Assembly: GCF_037042905.1 (NCBI RefSeq)
Contig: NC_087252.1
Span: 4,714,001 to 4,774,000 of the forward strand
DNA: 60,000 nucleotides
Origin: Lytechinus pictus
Taxonomy: Eukaryota
Reading direction: 5' to 3'
The notes beneath the pieces are model-generated. The model worked only from the letters and a program-made list of their open reading frames with translations, did not search any database and was not told the origin of the DNA. The translations under genes and the position numbers were made by a program. Of this stretch, positions 25,553 to 38,720 are shown piece by piece (within the stretch, counting starts at the first letter, position 1; each line of letters starts with the position of its first letter).

Positions 25553-26299
25553 TTTTTCTTCTTGTTGGGAAGATTTCTTAGTACTATCATCACAAAGATG
25601 TCATCTGCAAGACTTCCTAGGGAGTAACATGGGGCCTGTCCTTGATTTGGTAAGCCTCATACGTGACTGATTTGAGAGCACAAACTGATTAACGGAACGA
25701 AAAAACAATTGGATTAATTCATGACTTTATTAACAGCAGAAGCAACTTTCTTATTAATTTCAGTCATTAAGAAATTCAAGACTTTCTTGTTAATTCATTG
25801 AGGAAGAATGGCATTAATACATTGTAGCGTTTTAATTTGATTAAACACATTAAAACTTTAAAGCATTTCCATATGGATCGCCAATTGCCACCACATCTAA
25901 CAGCCCTCTTTTTGTAAGTATGACTTAAGTCGCAATTAAATGCCGACATGCACACGACATGCAACGCGCGATCTTATTGATAGATATGCAGTAGTTATCC
26001 TTGGTTTACTTCAAATTTGGGGGCGAAAAAGTGCAATTCGTCCAGCTAATTTGTAAGTGAAGAGACCCAGTTTAGTTTCTGCTTGGGATAATTTCATTCA
26101 TGATACTGTACGTGTACCATCATTTGATTTTTAGAAATCCATCTGCAAGCCAAACATTTCGCCCTCTTGGACAGTTTAATAGAAAATACTAATTAGCTAA
26201 AATCTGGAAATTGAACAAACTCTGGCTAATCACTAGGAACTGGTCGCTCCAACAATAAACTTTTTTTTTTCCTCATTGATCAAATGGTTTAGAAATAGA

Positions 26300-28330
26300 C
26301 CAAAAAACAACATACTTGAGCCTCATCCTCCGATGTACTCGCAGTCTCCTTGTTCCTTTTAGTTTTCTTCTTGCGATGAGAAAACGCCATTGTTATAATA
26401 TAGGCTGTACCACACAATCGTTGAAAAAGGACTCAGTTACACCATGACATAGTAAAATATCATATGACAATGGGGGTAATAGTATGTGCTATTTCTTTGT
26501 AAGCCTGTTCTGTGGAAACATAACATGAACTTTGCTAATACATTCCAGCATTCAGGCTGTCACCAAATAAAAGTTGGTCCAAACCACAAAATTATATTCC
26601 AGCATGTCTGTTAATTATCCGTATTAAGAATCCACATGAGTTAATTCCAAGTTATTCCACAACAGGGAAACTGAAAATCCGATGAATTATTTATGATGAA
26701 AGCACTCACTTCGTAATTTGGGTCTGAAATGCCATTTTAAAGAACAAAGAGAAAGTACAACCTGGAAAAGGAATGATCAATTCCACTTCTAGTCTTATGC
26801 ATATCTGTGATAATAATAGCTTGGCAACATGACAACATTGACGGATAAGATTTGCGAAATCCTTGTTGTATCAACTCTCTGGAGGACTGCTGCTTCCGAC
26901 ATTTTCTTCTTTGTTTATTCGCGCGTTCGTAAGCTTCCGCTGAACAGTGAGATGTACTACAGAGCTAGTGTAGTCCAGGTAAATCCCTGATAGAACAGCA
27001 TCAGTGATATGAAGCATAAGTATACCATATGGTGTCTGCAAGTGTACCCTATGAAGATATACCTATGATGACGGCAATTAAAATGCAACCTCCATGCCAA
27101 ATTGCTTCAGAGGTGACTAACGGTTAGGTGAGCTGTCGAGGCAAGTCCAGCAAAAAATGGAGTCCCAAACAAGGTGTATTCCAGTCGGTGACACCGAATA
27201 GAAATGCATGCAAAAGTGATGTGGTAAATGTTTCAATATGAGGTCTGATTTGAGCAGTGCATGGCGTAGCACGTAGGCCTATAGCCTAATTGCAGACATG
27301 ATATTACAAGCCATCCATCAAACGTTGAAGTGAGTCTCAATGTGAGGGTGTAGAATGATGACATTCAATACAGCCTGCATGTGAAAGTTCACGCTAAAAG
27401 AGAATGAAATCCACTGATTCTACACAGCATATGAACTTGACCTCACAGTATTACCAAAGCCATCTTTTGAATGGCAACTTGAAGCAGCTATAAAGCCATA
27501 TAAAAGAGGCTCTCTCAAGCTTTCTCTCTGTTTTAGGTGTGTCCGTAGTCTGTCAAATATCAAACAGTGCTCAACAATAGCATATTCTTGTAATGATGTT
27601 TACATTAGCACAATATCAACAACACTGTCACTTGTCAGTGACTTTGCATGTTTGGCAATAAAGGACAGGTCTGTATGTTCAGGTTTCACTGGAAGAAGCC
27701 GCCAACAGGAAAAAAAAAGTTTGTGAGGAAGACATTCTCTGCTCATATATTCATGGGTTCAGGTTCCTTTCATTCTCTGCACGTCATTCAATCAAAGTGA
27801 TGATTCAATTGAATCATTGATTCAAAGCATGTAGGACACAATGGATGTTGAACTTCAAGGGGATTTCCAAGTCCAAAGAAGGTTCCGGATACAGGGTGCC
27901 ACTTTGTCACTAAACACATCAAATATTCATTGCTTCTGAAATCGGAATTCACAAGTAAACTCAATAATAATAGAAAATGCGTGAAGAAATTCTTTTGTTT
28001 TCCTTTGAGCCTTGTATGAACGTGTTTCATGGCAACTATTCATAGCTTCCTGCAACTTTTCACACCTTTCCAACGAGATACTGGTACAACAACAATCTGT
28101 AGAACAATATAGAAGAAATCATTCCCTTTTGAGAGCCTTTTATGACGATAGTCTAGGAAAACTCTTCATTCATTTCAAGCGTTCTGTTGAGATAGCGGTC
28201 CAAAAAGGAAATGTAATCCAAGGATTGCCAAGATTGCACTTCCAGGTCTGTGTGTGATAACCCCTTGGAATTACTCATGAATATCTTCTACTTTCTGTCT
28301 CCTTGAAGATACTACCCTGGCTCACTGAAG
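26300..28330 (-). pseudogene. Decayed coding sequence of unknown origin (TE- or virus-derived?)
   Basis: Long protein-like minus-strand frames broken by isolated stops and frameshifts (e.g. EYAIVEHCLIFDRLRTHLKQRESLREPLLYGFIAASSC; LHITDAVLSGIYLDYTSSVVHLTVQRKL; IRLEVELIIPF). Few homopolymers compared with the surrounding intron. Confidence 0.45.
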
Positions 28331-28415
28331 GTCAAAGTTAAGCAGTCAAAGCCAAGTTCATAGGATGTTCAGAATAATGACAAGTGTGAACGCAGCATGA
28401 CAGGAATCAGTCAGG

Positions 28416-29410
28416 TTGAAACAAACTAGAATGGCCATGAGAGTTCAAAATGTGAACACACCAGAGATGGATCTCTTTTCAGATAAATATAAAATGATTC
28501 TGGATCAGAAGAGGGTAGCTCAAATATCTCTAAATATGAACAGAGCTTCTGCAGAAAATGTCTATGTCAATATCATGAAGGAAAATGCCAATCAAGGCAA
28601 ATATGTAGACCTAATTAAGTCCTGTTATAGCGATATAGTGTGTGAAATACTTTCTAAATATGATGTTCTCGAAATCTTCCCTCCTGATGAAAATAGTAAA
28701 GTCCAGCTCCCACAAGATGAGAATACAAATAAGAAGTGAAGTTCAGTAAATGTCAACAATATTTCCAAATGTGAACAAGGCTTTATCACAGAGTTTTCAA
28801 TTAAAATATTAAATGATTCTGAAGATCTTGGGTAAAGGTCAACTGCCTCAACCTAAAATGTGAACACGGCTAGGAAGATCATCCTATGTTGATGCCAATG
28901 CAGAAACATCTGGCGTAAGAAGAGCAGAAAGGTATCTCCTTACAGGGGGAGAATGGCAGAGGAATAAAAAACTAAATCAGGGCACGAGCCGAGTCGCATC
29001 CCCTGGTTGAACCAGTCAATAGCTCACAGGTATGAATCCATAGAGCTCTCAGCTGAGCTTGAACGGTCAATACAATATCCCTCAAGCTAATGCACCCAGG
29101 CACCCCATCGCAGAGAGCATATACACCGATGATCAACTTTCTCTATGGTACTACTGCAAGGAGATTGGTATAAAGCCTGAGCAGGCCAGCACACGATGCA
29201 TGCCGATGGTGTCATGCGGCCGCAGGGATTACGCAAGGCGCAGGAGTAAACAAGTGCAATACCAGCTGACAGTTTGGATGAAAGTATTCCATTTCAGAAT
29301 CCGAGCTGGAATTCACAATTTAACCTCTCTGTATTTTCACTAAATGGACAGGAATCGAATTGTGTCATCCCGCTATATTCAGGAGAGTGTAAAACTCTGG
29401 AAGAGTTGCT
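28416..29410 (+). pseudogene. Decayed plus-strand coding sequence, divergent partner of the above
   Basis: Successive ORF pieces 28416-28739 (MDLFSDKYKMILDQKRV...), 29059-29343 and 29274-29410 look like one fragmented ORF. Confidence 0.4.
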
Positions 29411-29620
29411 GTTCTTGTTGTCGTTGGTTGTTGTTAATGTGGTGTTGGTGGTGGTGGTTAATGTTGTAGTGGTGGTGGTGGTGGTAATGATGATGATGAT
29501 GATGATGATGGTGGTGATGGTGATTGCAATGATGGAGACAGTTATTGTTGTGGTAGTGTTGGTGGTGGTCAAGGTAGTAGTGGTGGTGGCAGTCGAAGAA
29601 TTGGTGGTGGTGGTGGACAA
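29405..29620. repeat. (GGT)n/(GAT)n trinucleotide repeat
   Basis: Directly visible. It generates the poly-V/M, poly-T and poly-H pseudo-ORFs. Confidence 0.95.
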
Positions 29621-31134
29621 TGCCCTGTGCACCAGGTGCTACACAGATGTTCTTTTCGGCAATAACAATCAAATTTTCAGAAACCTTGCTCCTTTTACAC
29701 TGTACATCGTGGACTCCCAAATGAAAAGAAAATGCACAGCTAATAACATGAAGCATACAAATTTGATCATTCAGTTCACAATCAAAATACACGAAACAGA
29801 TTCCACTACAACGCAAAAAGGTCACTTGGACATGTTACATTTCCATCCCAACAAAATCTCTTGCGCCGCTGCGCTGATTTACGGGTCCGATGATATTGAT
29901 GAATCAACAACAATTCAATAACTCCGTCAAAAGTAGATAATCTGACATTTTCAAACAATGAAAAAAAAAGGAGAAATATTCTATATGGAGCTTGCATGAT
30001 ACTGACAGTACAAAGGTGAACTATGACAAAAGCAAGAATAATATTCATGTGAAACACCAGTCATCAAGATAATTGCTATAACACAAGGTAATTAGACCAG
30101 CTAATATGCCAAGTATGCCCTTCACTTTCGATACATAGGAGAATAGTACTCAATCATGATATCATTCTCAACTAATTTGTACATCTGAAATTGTGTAACA
30201 ACTGAACTATAGAGATTTCGATTGAGTGATATAAACTTTTGGGGAAAAGCAGCAATGGTACATAGAGTGAGTTCAATTGATGTAGGCAACATCAACAATC
30301 AAACACTTTTCTTTAGTGTCAAATCTGCCTGTGAAATAGTGTGTAAAAGTTTAACATTTGAGGTGAGCTTGTTATAATGTTCCAGCTTGCACCCCCCCCC
30401 CCAAAAAAAAAAAAACGAAAAGCAAAATATCATTTGAAGTCACAGAAAAACCATATCAGTGTACTCCAAGCCTTTGATAAACTACAACTTTTTTTTATTC
30501 TTACCATGTTCACATATTATCACTCTCAAACCACCCCTCCCAATGGCAAAACATAAACATACTTTAATTCTGGGCTATGCTAAATATTTCCTCCCCTCGC
30601 TTGACATTGATCAACTGCAGGTAAGCCATTTCTGTGTACAAATTTCATATTTTCAATATCGCATTTCCTAATTTCCTTGGAAAACCAGATCCCTATCAGA
30701 TGAATTTCTAGTCCATTAATCGCCGCTGACAGGTTTTACTTCAGCCCCACATATTGGCAATCTTGCCATGTCCCTGAGATATGGGCCAAGTGTTGCCCCA
30801 CATGTGTTTCTTTTACTGTACAGAAGAAATCACTAGTGGAGTTCACACAACATCCAGAACAAAACTCAAATCTAATTTAAAGCCTGTCAAAACTTTTGGT
30901 TAAGTTTTGCACTTGGAAAGTAAATTATAACCAAACGGAAAATAAGCAAATTATTGTGGCAGTTCTTTTATACATTTATTGCTAATTTGACGAATATAAA
31001 TGTTTCACAAAACAATTTTTTACAACATAATCTTTCCTTCATAAATCAAAGAAAGTAATACAGGCCTACATTTACTGACGCTCAATACAAGTTGGAAATA
31101 CTATCATAAACAATTCTTGTGCTTTGCTGTTATC

Positions 31135-31410
31135 AACTTTGAGGTCTTACACATTTTAGAATTACAGTGTACAAGTGTTTGTGTGAACTATCTCAAACTT
31201 GCACTGTTCATGAGGTGATTTGCTACTAACAACTTTAATGTCTTACATATTCTATGACTACAAGTTTTTGTGTAAACACGACTAACCATCCCAAATCTGC
31301 AGTGCTCAAGTGGTTTGCTTTTGACATCTTTGAGTTCTCACATATTTTATGACTACAAGCTTTTGTGTGAACACTGCAGACCATCCTAAACATGATGCAC
31401 CGCTCAAGTG
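31135..31410. repeat. Degenerate ~97-bp tandem repeat x3
   Basis: Three copies of gtcttacatattctatgactacaag..tttgtgtgaac. Confidence 0.65.
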
Positions 31411-32012
31411 CCCCAACCCTGGAGAAACCGGAGCAACGATTACAAAATCCATAACTCATGTCTTCACTTTCTATCCTATTTAACCAATCACCTGTGAGTG
31501 TGAAGGTTTGTTGTAAACTTGTTCTTTTTGGCATCACTTGCACAGAAACAGAAGGACTTTAATATGATAATAATGCCCTTTTTAAAAAAAAAACATAGCT
31601 GGTTACCAACTGTTTGTCAACGACACAGATTATTCCCATATGCGAGCAATATTTCAAGAATTTCAAGTAGGTCTATTGATTTCTAGTATCATTATACTCG
31701 AGGATACTTTAGCCTGAATTTGTACATGTAAAAGCTAGAATAGAATACTTTTGGTATTTTTGCACCCTGAATTACGAATCATCCATCCATGCCCATTTCC
31801 TTGATTAAACCTTAGTACTCGATCGTGGGACCGATTTCTATGACTGATGGCATTGATGATTATATGTAAACACAGCAATAAATTGTGATAATTAGTATTA
31901 CGATCAAACGCACAACATTGTGTCAGGGAAGGGCCAATGTAGTTCTCGTTAGGGTTCTTGTGCAATATTAAGAGTAGATAATCAAAGACCTCCTGGGGAG
32001 CACTTCCCAAAA

Positions 32013-32903
32013 GGGCCGTCTGCACCATCCCGAGTTTTCAAATTAGCGCGCTATTTCTGATCCGGCAAATTATCCCGATCTGAAAAATCTCGAGATAGTT
32101 GGCGGTGGAGACGCAATTATCGCGCTAGTTCGTAGGATTAATCTCGAGATTGCAATCCCAAGTCAACTCAGGTTTATTTGCAAAATAGCGCGCTATTTTA
32201 CGAATTATCCCGCTAATTCGTCGGTGCAGACGCACTCGAGATTGGATTCGGGGTAATTTATTCATGACGTCAGTCCATAATGCAATTCGCGTTCCACTTC
32301 CGCCTTGGTCAAAACATAAACACGTGCGAAAGTCAACTTTATACATGCGAATAGCGTTCATCAATTGCCTAATAAGCAACGATGGTGTCCCACCAGTGAA
32401 TGGATTTTGGGAGAGACCAGACCGAAGGGGGAGGCGCTCATCGACGATGGTCATATTCAATAACAACACTGACAGCAGTGTTGTCTTATTCCTTCGCAAA
32501 ATGTGAGCAAATAGCATTTCTTTCCTCCTTCTCTCCCTCTCTCTCTCTCTCTCTGTCGTTGCCTCCTACTCCGCCATCATATTTAACGAAGAATACATCA
32601 CTTCTTCACTCGCTGAGCTGAGAGGATTGTTGCATAACACCGGTCGAATTCGGCGAAAGTGCTAGTGAAAGGAGTACATTGCTTGCATATCGCGGGAAGT
32701 TATTCAAAAGCGCGGGCCGTTGAAACTCCAAGATCCGAAAGTGCGCATGCTCGTAACATCGGGCTTGTTGCCTCGCTCGAGCAGGAATCGCTCTTCTTGC
32801 GATGGTGGAGACGGGGTTTCTTGAATCTCGAGATTAATCGCGAAGTGAGCCGATCGGGCTAAAATCTCGAGATTGAGCAAACTCGGGATGGTGCAGCACC
32901 ACC
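32013..32903. mobile_element. PIF/Harbinger MITE (891 bp, GC-rich) nested in a CCAAT-core MITE (about 31995-33030)
   Basis: TIR core CTGCACCATCCCGAGTTT / AAACTCGGGATGGTGCAG. Internal AATCTCGAGATT repeats. Right flank TAA. Confidence 0.8.
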
Positions 32904-33242
32904 TAAAGAGTTCTGCCAGTGATTTTCACCGACTGATATACTCTCAGCCAATCATATGCAAGGATTTCAGTAGCTTATAAGTAACATAAGTCGGTGAAAA
33001 TCACTGACAAACACTTCATGAAACCATCGCCTCCACCCTAGCACTCATAAAACACATGGGTTATCACTTAGAAGAGGTTGATGCTGTAATTCAAGACATT
33101 TATGAATTACACTCAATAAGGACGACAATCCCCCAGAATTAGCGTGCTCATGATGCGTCTCACATTGACAGGTTACCAACTACTGCATCTCTCAAGATTT
33201 AAAGGAACTGATCAGACCTGCTGTGATGATACTAATAATTGT

Positions 33243-33550
33243 GGAAGCACCGTGGTGAAGCGGTTCTGACTCTCAACTTGTAATCAGAGGGTCGTGTGTT
33301 CGAATCCCACCATGGGCGGCCTAGCGTCCTTTGGCAAGGCGTTAATCCACACTTTTGCCACTCACCCAGGTGCTAATTGGGTACCGGTAGGAACCGTCAT
33401 TGTGGTTGGTTTAGCAAATGTGCGCCGAACAGGCTGCTTGAAATGCTATGAATCCAGCGACCGGGTATTAATAATTGTGAAGCGCTTTGAACAGTCGTAG
33501 ATTGATAAAGCGCTATATAAATGCCAATTATAATTATTATCATTATTACT
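33243..33550 (+). mobile_element. tRNA-derived SINE
   Basis: Box A TGGTGAAGCGG, box B GTTCGAATCCC, a central CORE/Meta-like block (ggcaaggcgttaatccacac...cacccaggtg...gggtacc) and a LINE-like tail aagcgctatataaatgccaattataattattat. Confidence 0.85.
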
Positions 33551-34529
33551 CATGATAATTATAACCACACTGATCAATGAAAATAAAACACGGGCGGTGT
33601 AACATAAAAAGATACTTTGATTTCTACAATCAAGTTTGTAATTTTGTACATACATGTAGTTTTCAAACACTCCTTACACGTGCAAAGTGATTAAGAAAAA
33701 AAAGACTGAATCATCGAAAAAAATACTGTCTCATGGATATCCTGTCCTAATGCAAATTTGAGCAAATTTTCAGCATTTGTAGTACATACCTGATTTCACA
33801 CACAATAAAAATTAAGCCAGCGATCAAGTCATATCACAAGAACCATAGACAAATCATTACAGACTTCCATCCCCTCTTTGACAAGAGAACCAAAGTGAAC
33901 AACATCCTAACTTTCCTTCTTCCAACAAAATCACATCTAGTCCAAGTCTCCAAGCCCTCTTGAGCTAATATTGCTACAGACAAAACAATCTCCTCTTGTT
34001 TCACTATACTACACTAGGAACTCTTTTTGGGCCAAGGCACAGTGCAGGCAGGATTACAAGGAAGTCGACAGTGATGCTATTAACCAAGTGTAATGGAGTA
34101 CGACTGTAACTTAATGCAGGGAGCAGATAGAATTAATCCTTTCATGTATTTTGGTCCCTTTCTTTTTTTTGGCATGAATGAGCGATTTGGTGATCAGCAA
34201 GGGCAATGTGCTATTTAAAGGTAATGAAATGTTGGTGGAGAGTCAAATATTCCATTTGGGCCCAACGCTGGATAGCCAACAAGTGTTTGAAATATTGGCT
34301 TAAGAATTTTCTGAGACTTGATTCAAATATAAAAATTGCAATTCATAACAGCAAGTAATTGGATTATGTTTGTAACAAAAACAGTATTAAACTTAATATA
34401 GGACTCCAGAGTATGATATATTGATGTGCTATATCATGATGAGGCTTACTCGTATTTTGATTTGTGAATGTTGGCACAAAGTAATGGGGTTCAAAACCTT
34501 CACGTAGTAGTACCTGGCCTGACATGGAT

Positions 34530-34670
34530 ATTTATTTATTTATTTATTCATTTATCTGTTTATTCATTCATTCATTTATCCCCTTGTTTGTTCAGTCATT
34601 CATTCATTCACTTACTTATCTTTTTATTTATTCATTCATTCATTCATTCATTCCTTTATTTATTTATTTC
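34530..34670. repeat. (ATTC/ATTT)n microsatellite
   Basis: Directly visible. Confidence 0.9.
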
Positions 34671-36840
34671 TGCTCCAGCAAAGTGATTTTTGTGATTCCC
34701 TTTAAAAGTTGTTGAATAGTGTGCTTCACCAGTGTATAAGAAAGACAGTAAAAAAATGCTTGAATTATCATATAAACACAGAACCACTTGATCAGCAAAG
34801 GCTTGTGGGTGGGGCCTGGTAAATATCTAGACAAAAGTCATTGTAGTGTGTCCATTAGTTTGCAAGCACAGACCTGAGTGGTGTTTGATCAAGAAGTGGG
34901 TCTAGAATGAAGACTAGTGCAAGTTCAACTTGCCATGCCTAATGTCTAAATAAGAACCCCTGCATAATTTCTAAAAATTTTGAGAATTGACCACCATTAT
35001 GGGTATATTTTCTTTCAGGAATATCATGAGCTCTTTCCTTCAGATTGCATTCTCACTGGCAAAATACAATCTACATTATTTTTTTTATCAGGTTTGTCCG
35101 ATTATACCTTTAAAAGTAGCATTCTGTCTTTGAAAATACAGTAAATGTGTTAATAGAATTAATGTTTACACACTTTGTAGAGAAGTAAACTCAATTATTT
35201 TTCTTGATGGCATGTGGGGTACATACAATGTAATAGAATATAACAAGAAACCATTTTATTGCAAATCTATGTCTGCGTAGAACAGGGGACAACATTCTAA
35301 TGATCAATTCCTTTTAATGAATACATGATGGAATGCCAACATCATAATCATATCAGCAAAGTTGGCTTGGGTTAATAAGGATTCCTCCATAGGTGGATTG
35401 GGGAAGGGGCAGATGTTTTGATTCCCTCGTTCTAATTGGAATGGGGTCCACGCTGGGCCGACGCACATTATTTAGTAAATGAACAAGTGTGTTTCAACTA
35501 TGGATATCAGCTTCGTTTCATCTTCAGTGAAATGTCAGAAGGAAAACAAAGTATGATAGTGGGGCTTTTACAATACAATTTGAGTTTATGTATCAAAAAA
35601 AATATTTAAGTTGATGCAATTATTTGCAATGATGCAATTATAGCGACATATACTTTTGGGGGGGAATTTACAAAAACTAAAGACAAGACTAAAGACAATT
35701 TTCTTAGGTCAAATAGGTCTAAAATACAATGAGAATATATCACAATTTACAATATCTGATGGAGAAATAAAGTTCCTTCCATATATAAGTTGATATATAA
35801 GTTGAGCATTTATTAAGGATTATAGACATGATCAACTTTGAAGTTCACTCTAAACGTAACATTTTTACAACTTTAGAGAAGAATTTTTTGTCGTGGTATA
35901 AGAACCATCCTTGCATCTACATGTACATTGTACATGGAGGCTGCATCTGTCAAATCATGGATCTTTTGAGTTTGTCATCAGCAATTAAATTAAGATGATA
36001 GTATGAAAGGATGAGAAGCTGATTGAGAAGAGAGAGAGGGAGAGAACGAACAAGAGCGGGAAGCGATGAATCCAGCAGCGCTCCTGCTAAACCCTTCAGA
36101 AGATAATCGGAGCTTAATGGGTTTTCAACTGGCTCTCGTTTCTAACACGTTTTCCACATTCACCGCAGTCAATTGCTGCATTTTGTCTCAGATATTGGGG
36201 TATTGTTCTCACTGGTCATTAAAATTACACTAAAATCATCATTAGATTCTGGTTTACCTTTACACAATGTACATATGCACTTTCTCCACTCCCTGTGGGA
36301 GCTTGCCAGTATGAGCTTCATACTCAAATTGGCAGGTACTACATTTCAATGTTTTTCAGGAAAGGTCGCATAACTTTAGGGCACATTACTATATCACAGC
36401 ACAAAGGGGGTGGGGGTGGTTCAACAAATCCCCTAGGAACATAAGAGAGGCATTGGGGGCAATAAAACAAGCATCCATGGCAGCACTGATCCATGACCAT
36501 GGCCTTGGATGGCCTTTGATGACCTTGACTTAATTTGACCATGCATTGGCTTTCGCATCCTAAAGAGTACATATTTAACACCTGGGTGGAGAATGCCACA
36601 GCTTACATACAGTATGTACATGTAGATTGGCGTCTTGGCAAGCAAAGGACACTTCTGTCAAAGTAGGGTTCGAACACAGGAACAATTAATGCAAGAGACC
36701 AAACCACTACACCAGAAGCTTCAACAAAAGAGGATTGGGCATTTATATATTTAGACACAAACAGATATCAATCATTGTCAGGAACAGTATCATCAATGTG
36801 AAGAAATCATGGCATTTTGCCTCTGGTTCTCTGAGACCTG

Positions 36841-37011
36841 GGGGCCGTTTCATAAAGCTGTTCGTAAGTTAAGAGCGACTTTAAGAACGACTGGTGAACC
36901 TTTCTTACGCGTTTAACCATCGCTAATGAATATACCATTTTCCACAAGAAAGGATCGCCAGTCGTTCTTAAAGTCGCTCTTAACTTACGAACAGCTTTAT
37001 GAAACACCCAC
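36841..37011. mobile_element. Palindromic PIF/Harbinger-type MITE (171 bp), CTG TSD
   Basis: About 55-bp near-perfect TIR GTTTCATAAAGCTGTTCGTAAGTTAAGAGCGACTTTAAGAACGACTGG. CTG on both flanks. A degenerate relative lies at about 46586-46760. Confidence 0.88.
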
Positions 37012-37521
37012 CTGGGCAGACCCGACACTGCTCAGGATTTCAAGCGACAAACAGTAATGTCAATAGATATTGTCAGCACCAGCACTTCTATGTGTATCAC
37101 TACATTATTACAGACATGCGTTATAAGTGGGACAGTGGGAACATGCCTTTTAACTAGACAATCAGCTGTCAATGTACGGTCTGAATGAAGTTCAAGGTCT
37201 GGAGAAGTGAACCATTGAAGCTCAAAGACTTCACCAAACACAGATTTTTCATGTTCGGCTCAGGGTTTTCTTTACTAAATCAAGGTGCAATCAGTCCAAA
37301 TTGTTATAGTAAGGATATTTAATAGCATCAAGTCAGATAATACAAATTGGTGGAATAATCAAGAACAACAAACAAGAGGGTGGAATGCCACATTGATGCC
37401 CTGATGACTGATAGAATGAAATTATCCATATTACAAGGTCCCTTGGAGAGGACTCAAAGCCATCAGATGGTGCTTGCTTTTATACTAACAATTGTGCTGT
37501 GATCCCCCAGGCCATCGATTT

Positions 37522-37756
37522 TGGTCCTGTCTTAAAAAGAGTTGAAAGTGATCCGATCAATCACATCTATAGAAAGCCAGCAACATCAACATCCAACATA
37601 CATGTTTTTTCAAAATATTTTCTTGACAAATCAGTATGCTTCTTTGTTTTCAATGGACATTGAGCAAAATTCCTCTGAAGAAAAAATTATGACAATGATG
37701 GATTTCCATATATTTGAGATTGATTGGATCAATCATAACTCTTTGTAAGACGGGGC
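37522..37756. mobile_element. Degenerate MITE (GTCTTACAAAGAG family)
   Basis: gtcttaaaaagagtt...gatccgatcaatc / gattgattggatc...aactctttgtaagac. A related left end lies at about 59122. Confidence 0.6.
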
Positions 37757-38152
37757 TAAGATGTAACAAGGGTTATATACTTTTACTTAGCCTATAATCT
37801 AGACGGATGCTGCAGCTTTTGTGTTTGAATTACGTAAAACATCAGCAATACCTCTGATGCGCAAACCTATGCACAGTGCATGGAAAGCAGTCACAACCTA
37901 CACACTCCGGTCTTGCATATTTTTGGGTTCTTCTTCATAGACAATGTCCACTGCGAGTTTCTCATTACAAAAAGCCTGCATCAATCCTGGTCCTAGGTTA
38001 CGTTTTAGCCAGCATGCGCCAAAAACATACGTATTCCTTAATATCAAGAATGGCCTTTTGTTAACAATACAAATGATTCTTCAATTTGTCAACTGTCAAT
38101 GTTTTCATTTTTTTTTTAATGCAATTCTCAATATAAAACGAAACTGGATTAA

Positions 38153-38720
38153 AGGGATGGTCCGGGCTGAAAATATTTATATCTTAATACATAGAGTAGA
38201 ATTCAATGAGCAAAATGCCGAAAATTTCATCAAAATCGGATAAAAAATAATTAAAGTTTAGCAATATTTTGTGAAAACAGTCGTCATGAATATTCATTAG
38301 GTGGGCTGATGATGTCACATCTCCACCTTCCGTTTTCTTATGTTATTACATAAAATCATATTTTTTTCATTATTTCATACTTGTGTGAATAATATGTCTC
38401 CCTTATAATGAAATAAGTTGCAGCAATAAATATCTAATGCACTGAATCAGTTGTCAATCCAATTTTTTTAATTCTTGAGGGAAAAAATTTGAATAAACCT
38501 AATTTCATATAATAAAATACAAAAGAACAAGTGGAGATGTGACATCATCAGCCCACCTAATGAATATTCATGACGACTGTTTTAAAAAAATATTGTTAAA
38601 CTTTAAAATTCAATAACTTTGTTATTCGTTATCCGATTTTGATGAAATTTTTTGGCATTTTGCTCAGTGAATTCTACTCTATTTATTAAGCTAAAAGTAC
38701 TTTCAGCCCGGACCATTCCT
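38153..38720. mobile_element. Kolobok-like non-autonomous element (568 bp), TTAA TSD
   Basis: TIR AGGGATGGTCCGGGCTGAAA / TTTCAGCCCGGACCATTCCT extending about 200 bp. TTAA on both sides. Confidence 0.85.

Noticed and set aside
29274..29921. 215-aa, 148-aa and 112-aa ORFs (poly-V/M, poly-H, poly-T)
   Set aside because: The frames are kept open by a trinucleotide repeat.
32125..32862. ORFs of 67-130 aa as a possible transposase
   Set aside because: They lie in a GC-rich MITE interior and show no DDE or Myb-like motifs.
33243..33315. tRNA gene
   Set aside because: Boxes A and B are present, but the sequence continues into a SINE body and tail with no Pol III terminator and an imperfect cloverleaf.
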